Shown here one piece after another: positions 23,703 to 41,404 of a DNA stretch of 64,000 nt. How positions within the stretch are numbered: position 1 is the stretch's first letter; the number at the start of each line of letters is the position of its first letter. Source of the stretch: Balanoglossus misakiensis (Eukaryota > Animalia > Hemichordata); NCBI GenBank assembly GCA_040954595.2, contig CM082581.2:8144059-8208058 (forward strand). The letters are read 5' to 3'. The notes beneath the pieces were generated by a model that was not told where the DNA came from, did no database searches, and was given only the letters and a program-made list of their open reading frames with translations. Both the position numbers and the translations under genes were made by a program.

Positions 23703-26700
23703 ATGGCGGCGACGACATCTGGAACTAGTCCCGACCAAGATGTTATCGAGAGCGTTGTGAATTACGTAAAATCAGCGGGACTTTTTGATCAGTTTCGACG
23801 AGACTGCCTGAATGATGTTGATACAAAGGTTTGTGCTCCGTTTTGTGGTTTGGTTGTTATCTATTTTGCATCGTATCATTTTTACCAGAACAGTACACAC
23901 AGATTCATTAGGCTGTCTGGACACCTGGTTATCTCGAAATCGAGTATGGGCAGCATCTACATAGGTGTAAACTGCATTGTGGCCGTGGAGAGACGGAACG
24001 TGTCTGTGTTTTGAAACATCGCTTGCGCTGGTGGAAGCACGCCCCCTACGATTGAATGGCACGGTGCGAACAAAATACTTTGAACTTGAACGTGAAGAGA
24101 CTGTTCATCTTCGACAACAAAGTCAATGTAGCTTGAATTCCAACTATGTTCAACAATGCAAGCCAGTTCGAGTGAACTTGGTGAGTGAGTTTAACATAAA
24201 AAATCTTCTACTGCAGTTCTTTATTGAAATTATTTTTAAATCACAGCCAGCTTATCAGAACTTACGGCAAAGAGTGGAAGGATATGTTTCCACCTTTCTG
24301 TCTCAGCACACCTGGTCTCCCAACCTTAACAAGAACCAGCTACGTGACAGTCTCAGAAGACAGATAAACCAGTAAGTATCATTTTTGTATATTAAAGTGT
24401 CTTTTGGGAAAACATAAAGGCAACAATTTTGAAAATGCAGTGTTCTAGGCCCTTGACGCTGTGACGCTTTTTATGCTCAGCTGTCAACTGTGACTGTTGC
24501 TGCTTTTTCCGTACGCTGCTGGTCGACACCCTCAGAGCAGTCGAATATCACGTCACATATCAGAACATACTCATGTGGAATGTCTATCTTTGTCTCTTGT
24601 AGGTCAGAAATGCTTTCTATGGGTGTAGAAAGAATCGTAGAGCAGGTTGTAGAACCCAAAATTCAACACATCTTGAGACCACAGATTGAAAAGGCACTCC
24701 AGGAGTACACCGAAAAGAAGGAAAGGGAGGCACCTCCAGTGCCAACAACATCTGATGATGGCAAAGCTGCCTTGCCACCTTTACCTCCACATACCACAGG
24801 TAAAAAGAATTGCATTATCTAAATATAATATAATCTAAATATCATCTAAATGTAACTTGCATAATGATGTTAAATAATATTTTCATCATAGGCACTCCGC
24901 CAAGCACCAAGACCAAGGTCAAAGGTGTGTCAGAGAAGTTGCCGCCAGATGTTGTTTCCAGGGTGAAAACAACTACAAGTGGCGAGCAGGCAAAGAAACA
25001 GTCGACAGATAGCGGGGGACCGTCTGAGATCAAGAGTAAGTTGAAAGATGGCAGTGCTGCTAAACCGAGCAAGGATGTCAAGAAAGGCACGGGGAAGGTA
25101 CAGGAGAAATCAAAAACAGGAACCGCCAAAGGTGTATTGCCGAAAACTGGTGAAGCTAAGAAATCGGAACAGGGATCTGTCAAGGGAAAAGTGGGAGAGT
25201 CGGATAAAGGCGGAAGTGGCAAGGGAGAATCCCACTTGAAGACAAAAACGTCAGAGTCGGGCGGGAAGCAGGCGGAGAAGTTGGAGAAACCCAGGGTGGG
25301 AGACGTGTCCCACAAAGCCAAGGGTGAGCCCGGCACAAGACCGGCAGACAAGCAGAAGGCATCCGTCAGTGATAAACCAGGGAGTCGCAAACCGGATCAG
25401 AAGGGAGCTCCTGTGAAAGATGATAAGATGAAGGATAAAGCAGAAGGAAAAGGAAGCGTTAAAGAAGATAGGCTGAAGTCAGATAAAACGGAAAGCAGTA
25501 AGACAGAGCATGTAAAATCCACCGAGAAGTCTGAAAAAGCGAAATCAGTCAAACCTAAGGATGGCTCTGAGAAGAGTCTGGTTGTGACTAAAAAGAAAAC
25601 TGACAAAGTGCTGAAGACACTCAAGGATGATAAGGCAAAATCAAGCAAGTCGGAGGTTTCCTCTGAGAAGAAAGGTGGTGCTGAGGTCAAGCCAAAGAGC
25701 TCTACTGAAGGAAAAACTGCCAAAGACGGTGGGAAAAAAGAAAAGCCGAAAGATGTTAGCAAAGACAAGAAGGCACTCCCTAGCAAGGATAAGGAGGGGG
25801 CTGGTAAGCCAAAAGACCCGGCAAAAGGCAAGTCTGATGTGAAAAAGAAAAGTGAAATCAAACCGAAGGCATCCGAAACGAAACAGTCCGAGACAAAACA
25901 GAAAACAAGTGATAAAAGAGATGAGACTGCAAAAGGAACAAGTGAGAAGAATGAAGATGGCGTGAAAGGGAAGTCGTCAGCTGCTTCTGTCAAGAAAGAA
26001 ACCAAGAAAGACATAAAGAAAGAGACCTCTGACGTGAAACCGGACAAGTCTAAAGACAGCAAAAGTCAGCAGTCTTTCAGAGAAAGCGTTTCGCAGAAAG
26101 CAGAGGAAACACACAAACCTGAAAAGGTGGCATCAGGACTTGAACAAAAGGACACAAGTTCCGAAATGCAGACCGCACCACCAGCTGAATTAAAAGTCAC
26201 GACCCCGGGCGTGGAAAAGCCAGAGTTGTTGAAAACTGAGGATGAGAAAAGACAGGATGGCAAGAAAGTGGCGTCACAATGTGAAAAGGGCGAAGAAGTC
26301 CCAACAGTCGGGAAGAAAAGAGAATTGGAACATCACGATGGTGACTTCTCAGACGATGATAATATGTCTGATGTCACTGTGAGTTCAGTGCATACGAGCG
26401 ACCTTTCTTCCTTTGAAGATGCAATCAGTTCTGTTTCATCAGTGTCATCCACTAGTAGCGATGAAATGTCATCCGATGAAAAAGATGGTAACTATACATT
26501 TTTTATGATCTCAATCCTTGGGGTCCATGCATTGCCCCTGTTTCACACACTATCTGTACATTCAACTCTACCCCTATATATTTCTCGTAGTGTAGAAATA
26601 AAAAGACGGTACTCTCTTAGTAAATAATGTAACTTAACTTTAGTTTTAAACACAAATCATGTTATTAAATCTAACCACCAAAGCTTTAAACTTGAACTTG

Positions 26701-28776
26701 AAAATCTCAACAGCAAACATAACCAGCAAGTTTCAATTTGATTTGTTGCCCTTACAGACACAGATAGATCATTAAACAGAAGCAGAGACTCTCCCTTTGG
26801 AAGCATCAGTGGTGACTCTGAGAAGAGTGGGCTGACTAAACGGAGGCCATCAACCAAAGCCCTGGCTCTCAACCGTTACTATAGCGACAGTGAAGATGAG
26901 GAGGCCCGTGAAGAGAGAAGAAAGAAAGCGGTAAGTTGAAAGCCACCAATTTTTTGGGGTGAGCACTTGCTTGTGCAGTAGTCCACCCTTTATCTTAGAC
27001 AACAATAAAGATGGTTGTGAGAGGGTTATTGTCAGTCTGCCCAGAGAATAAGAAATGTTACCATTCCATCAGCTTGAGTTTGATGTGAATCTTACATAGT
27101 AGGAACACTGCATTCACAGGCAAAGGAGAAGGAAGAACGAGCAGCCAGGAGGCAGCAGATAAAGGAAGACATGAGTGAAAAATTGAAGCAGTGTGAAGAA
27201 GAAAAGAAGAAGAAGAGAGAGGATAAGAAGAAAGTCAAACAGGAAGCCAAAGAGAGAGAAGGTATGTTAGCTTGTGTCCCTCACCTTTCTGTGAAAAAAA
27301 AATACAATATTACTACAAAGGTTGTATGTAACAAACTACTGTACAAAACAATAGGATTATAATTTGATTGTCTTTCATAGAACCATATTTGTGTTTTGTC
27401 TTGCAGAGGCTGAAAAGTCTGGCAGAAGGGGTCGCACCAAGGAGCAGAAGAAAGAGGAAAAGGTCCAAGCCAAGAGAGAACAGAAGGTGCTGGAGAAGAG
27501 AATGGCTCTGCGGAGACAGCGCACGCTGAACAAGAAATATCTCTCGGAGGATTTCACGTCCTTGTTCTCCCAGAAGGAGCCCACCTTCATCACAGGAGAC
27601 GCTGAGTCCAGTGATAAGCAGACGTCTGATTCGAGCGAAAAACAGACATCTGACAGCCCTGCGGCTACTGCTCCTGAAGACTTTGAAGTTCCAGCCGTGA
27701 GGAAGCGGAGTTCTTCGAAAGAATCGGAAGAAAGCGTTACGGCTAAGGCGTTTTTCGTGTCCCATGTACCGGATGTGGGGCCGTCGTATGAGCAGACGTT
27801 CATAGCCAAGGCCATGGAGTTAGGGAATTACAGTTGTGGACTGCGTCGCTCTGGAAGGAGGTCCTGTAATTCGACGGACGCTCCTTCGGGTGAACCGGGG
27901 GAGCAGGGTCTCCAGCTTCCTCCGACGAAGCGAGGTCGTCGAACAAGCAGCGCTTCGGGGTCGTCCTCCGATCACTCTTCGAGTAAAGGACAGCTGCTGG
28001 ACAGCCAAGGTGGCGGTAAAGATAAGGCAGCTTCAGAGAAAAAGGAAGAGAGTCATGGGAGAGAGGCGAAGGAATCTGCGGCGGATGCGGAGCCTGCCGA
28101 GTTGGCGTCCCCGCCCACACCGACCCAAGACGAGCCGTCGTTCCTCGAGGGGGCGAAAGAGGAGGCTGTTGTGGCAACTGCGGGCGATTCCCCGATCCCA
28201 ATCTACAGCCTCCCTTCTCACACGGACCAGCAGCAGTCGCCTCTGAAGTCCATTCCGCTGGCTGCCTCTGATACCTCGAGCAAGGACAGTTTCGCAGGAA
28301 AAAGCACGGAAGTAGAACCGCATGATACGAGGGGGCGCGCGTCTCGGTTGGAAGACCAAGGAAAATGGGACGAACCGTCCAAGTCGGACGATCGTCCCGC
28401 GCGACATCACAGAGAAAGACGCGGTCAGTCTTCGCACCATGAGGGCCAGTTTTACGAGAGGGACGGCAGCAAATCGCCCGGGGCCAGTCGCGACATCCGC
28501 CCGAGAAGGCAGTCCAGCAGAGAACACTACAAACCCATGTCCGACCAGTTTGACTACTACAGCGGCAAGAAACCCCAGCACACCAAAGAGGAGGAACCCA
28601 GACGGAGATACTCCTCCCACTCGCGGGAGAGCCGATCGCGCAACTCGCCCCCACCGAGGGAGAGCAGGTTGCGAAACTCGCCCCCTCCCCGGGAAAGCAG
28701 ATCTCGCAAGAGACACGCATCACCACCGAAAGATCACAGAGCATCAAAATATAGAGGCTATTCTTACAGGCGATGA
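23703..28776 (+). CDS. BOD1L1: BOD1-like protein (biorientation of chromosomes 1-like; N-terminal Shg1/BOD1 domain), 1242 aa
   Basis: Exons 23703-23828, 24247-24371, 24603-24799, 24892-26487, 26758-26930, 27120-27261, 27407-28776 (3729 nt, in phase). Motifs KSAGLFDQFRRDCLNDVDTKPAYQNLRQRVE, LNKNQLRDSLR, SDVTVSSVHTSDLSSFE, YYSDSEDE...AKEKEER, KVLEKRMALRRQR. Confidence 0.9.
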
Positions 28777-31308
28777 AAAAATGTTTCAGAAGACATTTTG
28801 TACACTGTCAGCTCTGAGATTTATTTAATTTCTTTAAAGAAGTAAAGTTTTTATTTTAAACTTATGAAAAAGAGACATACATGTACTTAAATACACCGCA
28901 CACATTATTCTACTTGTTTGTAGTACAGAGAAGTCAGGCTACTTTATGTGCCAACATGTCTGATCTGAAATACTAGTAACACTTCCCTGCCACAAGCCCC
29001 CATTAACACATACCATCGTCCATGCTTTAGGTTGGAAAGACATTCTGTAGCATGTTTGTTTGACAGAGTTTTGTTGCAGTGAGTACGATACAAGTAAGGA
29101 CCATGGACATCACTGTCAATGCAGCAAACCAGAAAAGTGAGTACTACGTGTTCCAAGCAAACCAGGGCATTCAGATACACTTTGTACCTGCTCTAGTAGA
29201 TTGTAAAGAATCTCATTCGTATGACCATATACAAATACTCCGTAGATTCTCTGTAGTTATTCATCTATTGGAGGAATAACATGATCTGCTTGTCCACAGT
29301 TTGCTGTGGCTGTTATGTTTTCAGTTTGTTGACCACCTCTGCTCTTATACTGAATTGCTGACATGTGTTAAACTTCCAATACAATCTAAGATCCTATGTT
29401 CTTAAGACCGGCTTGAATTATTTTTGTACTTTTTACACGGTGTTGAGACTACTAGTTTTTGCGCATTGCAAGCGACTGCCATTGTAAGTTAACGTTTTTG
29501 CAAAATATATATGGTTATAAGTGAAACTATTCAGTGTTTATGTAGGGGGCTCCCTCGTGGTTCACAAGAAAGTATACTGTTTTATGGTCGTGCGATATGT
29601 CGTTGGATATGTACGAGAGGAAAATCAGCACCCAAAGAATTCACAAAAATTCCAGATTTGTTATAATAGAATGCAGTTTACTTCAGGTGTTGACAAATAC
29701 AATACAGTTAATAAAAAATTAACAAAGGATAGCTGCAAAAATATATATCTCATTTAATGATTGTAGGTGACATCTTGCATACTTGTCTATATCATGTCTT
29801 GTCGGAAGAAATTCTGACTTGTAGTGGGCAAGTGTTGCCCATAATTGATTTGACTCAACACTCTGAGTTGTAGGCCTTGTATGACCTTTGACATGACATG
29901 ACCCATTCACCTGTACACTCAATCAATTACTTTTATATTTCTCACACCCCAAAATAATCTTATATGATGGAATAATCCTGCTTAAGTTCTCTCAAAGGAC
30001 GACTCCATTGCTTAACTAGGAGGGGTGTCTAAGTTGAAATTCATACATGGCACATCATGTTTTGCACTAATTTAAGTACACAAAGGTTACATAAAAGAAA
30101 CGTAAAAACAGAAGGATTGCTGGGAAGGCAACTGGTGCAAATTCTGGAACTTTTTTTCTTGCATACATTTTCCACCCGTAAAATTACTCCCCTTTTTATC
30201 ACTTCCGAAAAATCTACATTTTTTAAAAGAAATAAATTTGTTCTGAAATCTGCACTAAAATTAGCCAGAGACTGGGCGAAAACTGAACATTTATTTGTGT
30301 TATTAACTTACTTTGCTGACTGACCATTGTCATGTATACAGCATAATTAAAAGTACAGCATATTCAATTTTCACACATTTTAAATTGTGAAACTATCGAT
30401 GATGGCTATAGCTGAAGGAAAACCAGGTTCGCATATTTCACCCACAATAATCTAATAAGTATCTTTCAATATTCATAAACACTTTCATAGAAGCATAGAT
30501 TAATATGCAAATCACATATCCACTTTTCCAGGATACTGCCCTTTGTACATGTGTTGGGAATTAAATAGTATTTACAATGCTGGGAATGGGCCCGTTCAGA
30601 GATGCAGTCCTGCACGGAATGCAAAATAAATGTGGATTATTCTAAAATATTGCTGTCCTGCAACAACCAACACTCAACACATTCTAAAATACAATGTACC
30701 AGCAATACGGGCTGACCTCCTATAGCACAGTGGTTTGACCCTATGTCGTTGCAGCCTTGTGGCATCCAATCAGAATAAGAGATAGACAACATTTCTAAAA
30801 ATTGACACAAGTACATAAAACACCATATAAAAGCTGCAAAAATAAAATATGTCCAATAAAAGAGAGACAAAGCATGATAAGTGAAACTACCATTCACTTC
30901 TTGTGTAAGTGTGGTGTCGGCAATAAATACATTAAAAAACAAAATAAAATTTCCAACTACAAACTTTGACTTCCTAGCACCAATGCCTTGACATGTTACA
31001 TTTCCGACAAATGTAGAATTTTCTTGTTGGTAATACTGTACTTTTTCAGCAGTCAAGGTTCATAATTTTCACTGGCCAATGTCTCATCACTCATGACTGC
31101 TTACAGCTACATACTAGAGGGGGAAGGGTAAGTCAAGTGATCAGTGGACTGGGCTTCAACCTTGTAAGACAAGATACCATCACAGCATGGAAAGACAAAA
31201 TCCTGTGTGCGAGTACTCTTTGCAGAAATTGCTTCTTTGCGCAGTTAGATGAAGTAGCGGGCAGTATTTTTTCACTTCTTAAAAAATCTTACAATGTTCA
31301 AAGCTTCT

Positions 31309-34300
31309 TCAGTCATCTGGTATGATGGTTATCGAGAGACGTTTGTTTGGCCATGTAAAATGCTTTGGTAGCTCTATCTGTAGACGGAAGAGGAGAAACA
31401 AAATTTAGAGATGAATCCTTCCTAAGTTCCAAAAAAATACTAGTAGTCAGTTCTTGTTTATTGGGAAACAGCAGTTTTGCTGTATATAATATATGCCCAA
31501 TAAGACAATCAAATTTTCCTTCAAGACATCATTCATTTTTCTCAGAGCAAGGAGGATGAAAACAATGGAACCTACTTCACTTGGATTTGTGAGTACATCT
31601 AAGTCTTCTACAACAGAGTCTAGGTCATCATCAGTGATGAGTATCTAGAATGAAATGAAATAAAACATGATCTGTTACTGGTGTTAGGAAGTTAAACAGG
31701 TTCAATGTTATATTATAGAAGTATGCTCATGTACACATATTCAACAAGGTGCCAAGACTTTAGCTCTTCGAGGGAAATTGCTATTTTCCCCAGTCATTTG
31801 AACTTCACCTATTATCTTATGAATGCTGACTTACTTGTAACCATGGTCCGTGCGCAGCATAGCGATGCGTTTCATCGACAATGGACCCTTCCACATGCGG
31901 GGACACTAACGTTACCGCCACATCTCCGGTGATGCTTTTGAAAGTAAAATGGCGACCGTGTTTGAGTCTGCCCCTTAAATCCAGACGAGAAAACAGAAAC
32001 TGGATTAGTCCAATTGAACAATACATTAAGTACACTTGCCATTGAGTTGTCTTGAACAATTCTCATCATATTCCTAAATCTGTAAACGTTTGCAATTGAC
32101 CTACTTGAGTGCCAAGGGTAAGAGAGCCCCAGCTTCCATGTTGAACTTTAGCTTGACTCCGTCCACTGATCTTGTCCTGATCAGCTCCATTGAACTGCCT
32201 TCAATGTCACTTTCTGAACTGCCTCCCAGCGATGGCTTCCTATTGTCCAACATATCTTGGTTGCTAAGAAACCAACAGAGAAATGATAAGCATCACAATA
32301 CATGTAATTCACTTTTTAAATAAAATGAATAAGTTACTAACAAAGAATATATGTCTACAGAACAAAAAATTCACAAATTCAATGGCATTTTAAAAAAGTG
32401 AAAAAATGGCAGCAATTCCACTTACCTATCTCGCTCGTGCCTGATACTGGACGTTTGACTTTGCTGTATTGAAGGTAACACTGCTTTATCTTGCCCTAAG
32501 CCCCTTTGCAATGTGGCTTTAATTTGTTCTGATTCTGAAACACACATGGAGAAATCATCAGATCCAGTCATATGGACCAAACACCAAATAAAAACACTCA
32601 TCTGTGACATCCTATATGTGATTTCTCCATATGGTTAGTCTCACTGAGTTTTCATAATGCTGTATTACTTTATGTGGCTGTCATTTTGGAAAATTCAAAG
32701 AATTCAAAAATGTCACTGTACAATACTTCCTCTGTACAAAACTCACCATATCTCGAAATATGGGGTGCATTCTGCTCAGTTCCACTGCTTTCGCCAGAAA
32801 AATCATCCCATTCTTCCCACGAACACTTTGCGCTGACGCCGCTCAGGTTGGAGCCATCGGTCTCGATCCCACGATCCACCATTTCTTGTAAGTGTGGATC
32901 GATGTCAAAGATCGACTCCCCTCGCCTCATGTCAGTGACCAGCCATGGACCACCAGCACTGTAATGACGCAAGAGAAAATTTGCTGTGATGTAGTGAGTG
33001 CCTAGTCAACGTGCGTGATGATTTAGTGTTTTGATCTTGACATATGCATTGATTTTGTTCAAGTATTCCATTTTCAAAGATGACCACAAAACTAACTTTC
33101 ATGGCTACTTTAGCTCTCTACTTTCTCTCGAACCTCTTGACATTCTGATCACCTACCCAGGTGTTTTACGAATCAAATCTAAAACTGCAGGACCATTCCA
33201 GTGTTGAGCAGCCTGCAGCTCTTCGTTGCAAACTCCTAAAATCTGCAAGACAGAACAGAGTAGTATGTGTGGTTGGCGCAGGTCTTTGGAAATTTCGCAG
33301 TAGAAATTAATACAGTTTAATATCTTGCAGCCATTATGAATGTGACGAGTGAAATATGTTGCTGATGTCTCAAATACCAGGTGTAAATTTTACCTGAACA
33401 AATTGCACGGTGCCAAACTGTGTGACTATTGGGGGAAGCTGCGGGTCTTCTGCCATCAGCATGTGATTGACGCGGGATTCGCTGTTGTCCAGTGGGTTGT
33501 GCCACGACACGTGATCTCCGCTACAGAACACATTCTCTGAAAAGTTACAAGGGTTGGGGTTACCACGATACATTATGACCTCCTCATAGCTAATTAGAAA
33601 TAAGAAAAGAAGTTTTGATCTGCGCTGAACATGTAATTTAACATCCAAATGATTTACCTGACTGGAACACATATCGTGCCAATCCCTGCATCAGCTCTGC
33701 TGGCCACGTCGGCGGGGCAGTTTCTGTTGGCTCCCTTTTTAAACGAAATGTCAATTCAAAACCAAAACCACTGGGCCCTTCACCTCCAGTGAATCTATGT
33801 GTAGAGAATAAAATCAAATCCAATGAGTATATTATTATTATTATGTTACCATCTCAGGAAAAGAAATAGCATTTTCTTTCTTCAGTAACACTCATATCGA
33901 AGACTTGAAATATACTATACTTACTCATGTACTCTTCCGTCGCCATGGAGATCAGTTAGTCCAAAACTCACATAATGCCAGTGAGGAAGAATGCCCCTTT
34001 CTGGGACTCCAGGATTAGCATACATACTAATGTAATCTAGCGGGTCAGGACCACCTAACCTGCAACAGAAAACATGAAAACAATACGTACATTACATGTT
34101 TGTCATGGTAGCTCCATCCTCCATGGTCAGATGTTGTAGAAAGTGAGTCCTTGGGGAAACACCTGGTATAATTATAAAAGCGGTACAGCATGTAAACAGT
34201 GTTACGTGTATGAAAAGTATGTTTACTTGAACAAGCAACATCCTTGTGTCAGCATCATGTCAATTGGGTCCCTGTACACTCCACTAAATTTGTTTCTTGC

Positions 34301-35291
34301 ATAAAACAATTACCCAGTGTTTTTTGCTTTATGATTGCCCCTAATAAACATTGAATTGATGTATGCAAATTGCCTTTTGTTTACCAACAAGTGTGAATCA
34401 CTACCTATGAAAATGCCAGTGCAAGTATAGAACGAATGCATTTTATATCCAAACAGTAACTCTTGATTTACTATATACTTAGAGATTTAATAATTTGGCT
34501 TATAATAAAGCCACATACTGTGAGTGCATCAATCAGTTACAAAAAAAGCATCACTGCGTTATACAGTTGTGATGTCGCCTGGGAGATATTGTTGGGACTT
34601 GAAGATCATTGCCATGGTAACAGTGTTTTCCCATAGAGGCTACAAGTCATCATTTGCATTCCATGAAATTGACAACATGGCTGAAACTGACAAATTTAGA
34701 ATCCGGTAAGAATTTCATAAGCAAAGGCCACACGCATTAAACACGTAGATGGGGCAATATCGATGTATGTAGTGATTGTGAATAATGTACAAAGTATATT
34801 CATTGTACTCAAATCAAGCTGTTGGGCTTCACTTCCGCTATTGTGTCAATGTGTGAAACGGGGATAATCTATTTTTCGCGTCCCGAACGCTTGGTACTGA
34901 TTATTGGCCGTAATATCGCCAATGGAGCGAAGCAAAGCAATCCAGCAAAGTAATAGTCTCGAAGCCCCGAGAAACAGTTTTTGAGTGGCAACAAACAGTA
35001 CATAAAATACGCAAAAGAAGACACGAGCATCTGTAGCTGGCCGTACACAACAACAGACCTCCCTGAAGGCCGCGACCGTGGCAAATGATAGAGGCACAGT
35101 GGATAGAGCAACACGTATGTGAAATGCCTCACAAAATGTTCTTACCAGTATTTCACCACGGCTGTAACCTGCAGCGGGTTGGCCTGATCGGCATAAAGTT
35201 TCCGACAGGCTGAGTGGATCAATTCTAAGCCGATCGGCAACGGCGAAGGGCCAGCGCCCGAGAAAGTTTGAGCTGGATCGCCAGTCTCCAT
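31309..35291 (-). CDS. SUFU: Suppressor of fused (Hedgehog pathway), 467 aa
   Basis: Exons 35291-35146, 34059-33925, 33794-33658, 33536-33394, 33242-33157, 32958-32747, 32534-32426, 32263-32105, 31973-31835, 31644-31576, 31377-31309 (1404 nt). Motifs NPLQVTAVVKYWLGGPDPLDYISMY, SGFGFELTFRLKRE, GGPWLVTDMRRGE, GRLKHGRHFTF. Confidence 0.96.
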
Positions 35292-35903
35292 TTTCACGTT
35301 CGTCTGAGAAACCTAAACAAGGCTGTTCCATTCAATAGTTCAACCCCACCGAAATCTTTAATCATTGCTAACTTGAAGCTCACATGAAGCCTGCATATGA
35401 AATTAGCTGGATGCAGTGGGCGAAAAATGTTTGATTTTCTTTTTGTTTTGTCATATAGTTAGTAACCATTGGCTTCTTGTCTATTCGCTGAGGACATCAA
35501 GACCAAACGCAGCCCTTCGTCTGCTCATGGAGGTACTAGTACCTCCATGGTCTGCTTTCCCATCGACTTACGAAATCGCATAGATCAGTGGGAGGTACAT
35601 AGTTTAAAGAAGCAGCAGAGGACTTCCGTTCTCACCAACAAAGACCACCCACGTGTTATTGAGAATTTAGCATTCACTTATACACTTTTCCTTGTTAAAA
35701 ACAATAAAAGTAAAAAATATATGCTGAAGTGTGGATTTTTATCAAATACTTCAATCAAAGTTTCATTATAGGAGCAAATCCAATATTCCCAGCATGCCAA
35801 AGTAGCAACAATGATGTCATTGATCCACGCATGCGTACCTCTCTGTGTCAATTTCCAATGATAGCCGATGGAAAACTGAAAATACAGGAATAATTTGCTA
35901 AAA
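35292..35903. promoter_or_regulatory. Bidirectional promoter region shared by SUFU and ACTR1A
   Basis: 612 bp between the divergent start codons; ZNF143/SBS-like TTCCCAGCATGC at 35786-35797; 24-bp palindrome at 35526-35549. Confidence 0.65.
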
Positions 35904-39530
<3,627 letters not shown>

Positions 39531-41315
39531 GATTTCACAGAAAATTTTATTGTATGTTGCTTGTATTTAAGCTGGCTAAGTCAAGGGTCTGTGGGGTTGA
39601 GAGATGTTAACAAATCTCATTTTGTACCAACTCTCATTGTGTGCGAGATTATGTAGATTATGCCTATATAAAGGAGTCTGGTAAATTTGACAGCTTGAAG
39701 AGTGCAGTGAGTCACAGATATCCTGCTCCCCACCTCTCTGCCATCTGCCATATGACATCGCAATATGCAAATTTGCATATTATTAGGATAATTTATGCAT
39801 ATCTTGCAAGAAAAATATCCAAAAAGATTGGATGTTCCCAAGCCCTTGATGACGCCGCATTTAAATCAGATATATAAATTGCTGATTTTTTTCATGCCTT
39901 TGGAAAGGTGTTCATTCATGAGTCAAAAATGACAGCCTGTCAGTGCCAATTTTGTTTCTGTTTGTAATTCTTACTATTAAAGCCATACAAGTATGTAACC
40001 TTTTGCCAATAAAACACAGACATATCTGGTCACAGCACGGTAAAAGTTATGTAGAATTTCATTTTTTGATCGCTTATGATTTAATTTCTACATTTCTATC
40101 CTTTCAATATAAACTTTACCTTACCCGTGTTATAATTGGAATGGAGTTAGGGGTCATGACCCCCTAGGCCAACCAAAACTTGCTCTACCTCCATTGGAAC
40201 TGAGACCCATATACTGAAAGTAACATACTTAAAATTCCCTTTGTTTTGTAAGTTATTTATTTTGGCATCTCACTTGTCCTATACCACACAGAAATATTTG
40301 TCTAAATCTTCAAAATTCAGAGCTTGTCTATTAGAGTAAAAATGTCATTTTCCTGGAATTGTTCATGTCCCTATAGTTTGCATAGAACTCATGATTGTGG
40401 AGTATAATTTGCATTCCAAGCCAACGTATTGGACAAAATGATGCTAAGAGAAGGTCTAATGTAAGTTAATAATATGCTCGTTTAACTTTTGTAGGTTTTC
40501 CTTCAAATTTAGGTGCTTTGTAATATACATGTAATTCTATGCTATATAATACTTGATACTTATGTGCATGACTTGTTTTAAAAATAATGGCTATCACTTT
40601 GCATGGGGATTGCAATACTTTGGGGATTTATTTTTTTATTTTTTGCATATTGACATCTGGAGATGTATTTTGTGTTTATATTGTATTCTCTTTTTTATTT
40701 TGCGAAGTCGATGTCAGAGTACATGTGATTATAAAAAATGAATTTTCTTATGTTTTGGATAATTGATCATGTCAGCACAAATTTATGTCTTTCATTGTGT
40801 GGCCATAATATGTAAATGTTTTGGTTAACAACGGTGGTTGAATATTACTGTGAACATGCTTTTGCAATATAGCAGCAGTCTTCCTCAAGCTGCAGGGTCT
40901 ATTGAGCAAAAGTTGCTGGATTTTGGTATTCAGATACGTTCATTGAGCTGTGAGGCTAGGGCTGTAGTAATTTGACTGAAACAGGTAACCACAATCCAGA
41001 GACATTGTTTATAAAGACTTACTTGAAGCGGTGATGTTACAGAGAATCTGTTGAGCGCCCTCTTGTGTAAAGTCAGTTTGGCAACGTATACTTGCAAGCT
41101 ACAATAGTCATGCTGTTGATGAGTAGGGCATTCAAATTATTTTCATATTATGGCCTAGCTGTCTCAGTGTACATGTACAGTCTGTATTGGTGAATAAAGT
41201 GCTTCCATCCTGTACCATTGAATTTCCTGTAATTTTGACTTTAGTTAGTTTCCATGCAGTCAATTACTCCGCGTCTCAGAACCAGTCCAAACTGACCACA
41301 CGAGCCGCTGAACAC

Positions 41316-41404
41316 CCAAAAAGGTCGGTTACCCCATGACACTGTCTGTAATTTACCCCTCGATATCCAAAAAGGTCGGATACCTCGTGATGTTGTCTTT
41401 AATT
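41316..41404 (+). repeat. Imperfect direct repeat, two ~38-bp copies with 51-bp period
   Basis: ccaaaaaggtcggttaccccatgacactgtctgtaatt at 41316 versus ccaaaaaggtcggatacctcgtgatgttgtctttaatt at 41367. Confidence 0.6.

Noticed and set aside
24842-28747. Long antisense ORFs over BOD1L (e.g. 25397-26062, 27800-28747)
   Set aside because: Shadows of a low-complexity or GC-rich sense exon, with no recognisable motifs.
41316-41404. Repeat-spacer pattern as a CRISPR-like array
   Set aside because: Only two degenerate copies, eukaryotic context and no cas genes; an ordinary local duplication.
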